DNA from: an uncultured delta proteobacterium
Lineage (GTDB): Bacteria > Desulfobacterota > Syntrophobacteria > Syntrophobacterales > Syntrophobacteraceae
Length of the DNA: 39,356 bases
NCBI GenBank assembly: GCA_963808625.1
Contig: CAWEHK010000006.1
Coordinates: 1 to 39,356 of the forward strand
Direction of reading: 5' to 3'
Shown: positions 38,935 through 39,356 of the stretch, piece by piece
Numbering within the stretch: the stretch's first letter is position 1
Layout: each line of letters opens with the position of its first letter
Made by a program: the position numbers and the translations under genes
Notes under the pieces: model-generated
What the model was told of the DNA's origin: nothing
The model's database searches: none
What the model saw: the letters and a program-made list of their open reading frames with translations, nothing else

Positions 38935-39356
38935 ATGGGACTTTTTGATTTCGTGAAAGAAATTGGGAAAAAGCTCTTCAGCCGTGAAGACGACGCGGCT
39001 GAGAACATCAAGAAACACATTGAGGAAGCCAATCCTGGGATCGCGGGACTGAATGTTTCCTTCGACAACGGGGTCGTTTCTATTTCCGGACAGGCATCCA
39101 GCCCCGAGGCTATGGAAAAAGCCGTCCTGATGGCCGGAAACGTGGCGGGTGTCTCGGAAGTCAAGGTTGATGGCCTTCAAGCCCCACCGGTCCAGGAAAA
39201 GGTGGAATATTACCTTATCAAGAAGGGAGATACACTCTCGGCCATCGCCAAGCAGTTCCTGGGCAATGCCAATGACTACCCCAAGATCTTTGAAGCCAAC
39301 CGGGAAGTCATCCGGGACCCGAACCTTATCTTTGTCGGCCAGAAAATCCGGATTCC
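38935..39356 (+). CDS. ygaU: BON + LysM peptidoglycan/potassium-binding protein (YgaU/Kbp family), runs off the window
   Basis: Not in the ORF track; MGLFDFVKEIGKKLF...EKAVLMAGNVAGV...IKKGDTLSAIAK...YPKIFEANR...PNLIFVGQKIRI; GAGGAG RBS. Confidence 0.93.
   Translation, partial: MGLFDFVKEIGKKLFSREDDAAENIKKHIEEANPGIAGLNVSFDNGVVSISGQASSPEAMEKAVLMAGNVAGVSEVKVDGLQAPPVQEKVEYYLIKKGDTLSAIAKQFLGNANDYPKIFEANREVIRDPNLIFVGQKIRI

Overview
GC-rich bacterial chromosomal segment, most consistent with an anaerobic Desulfobacterota (deltaproteobacterial) lineage; this is inferred from hcp/hcpR, flavoredoxins, DUF362 and the repeat types. (1) 1-5100 is decayed mobile DNA: a probable integron-integrase N-terminal stub, an orphan phage terminase large subunit lacking a start codon, an intact hicB-hicA-like pair, fragments of higBA and abiEii/abiEi, and an XRE repressor. 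(2) 5300-18700 is a redox/nitrosative-stress and housekeeping block: sodC, ferredoxin, HD hydrolase, hcp, hcpR with a perfect FNR-type box, two flavin reductases, nitroreductase, tRNA-Lys, yciH, amidohydrolase, class V aminotransferase and DUF362. (3) 19150-21700 is a collapsed defence islet: IHF, four-helix-bundle remnant, DUF4062/ATPase/HTH, type III Mod tail and UvrD head. (4) 21900-39356 holds isochorismatase, GDSL esterase, yjgR-like ATPase, catalase, ypfJ, an uncharacterised three-gene coiled-coil/membrane operon (TelA-like + DUF6384-like + Gly-tailed coiled coil), a large EF-hand membrane protein, a broken ABC transporter and a BON-LysM gene cut by the window edge. Intergenic space is dense with short non-autonomous elements: REP-like doublets wrapped in terminal inverted repeats (one shell type carries two different REP cargos) and 7- or 9-nt periodic hairpins. 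Many genes have single-base frameshifts that may be sequencing errors. All family assignments come from motif recognition by eye, not database searches.
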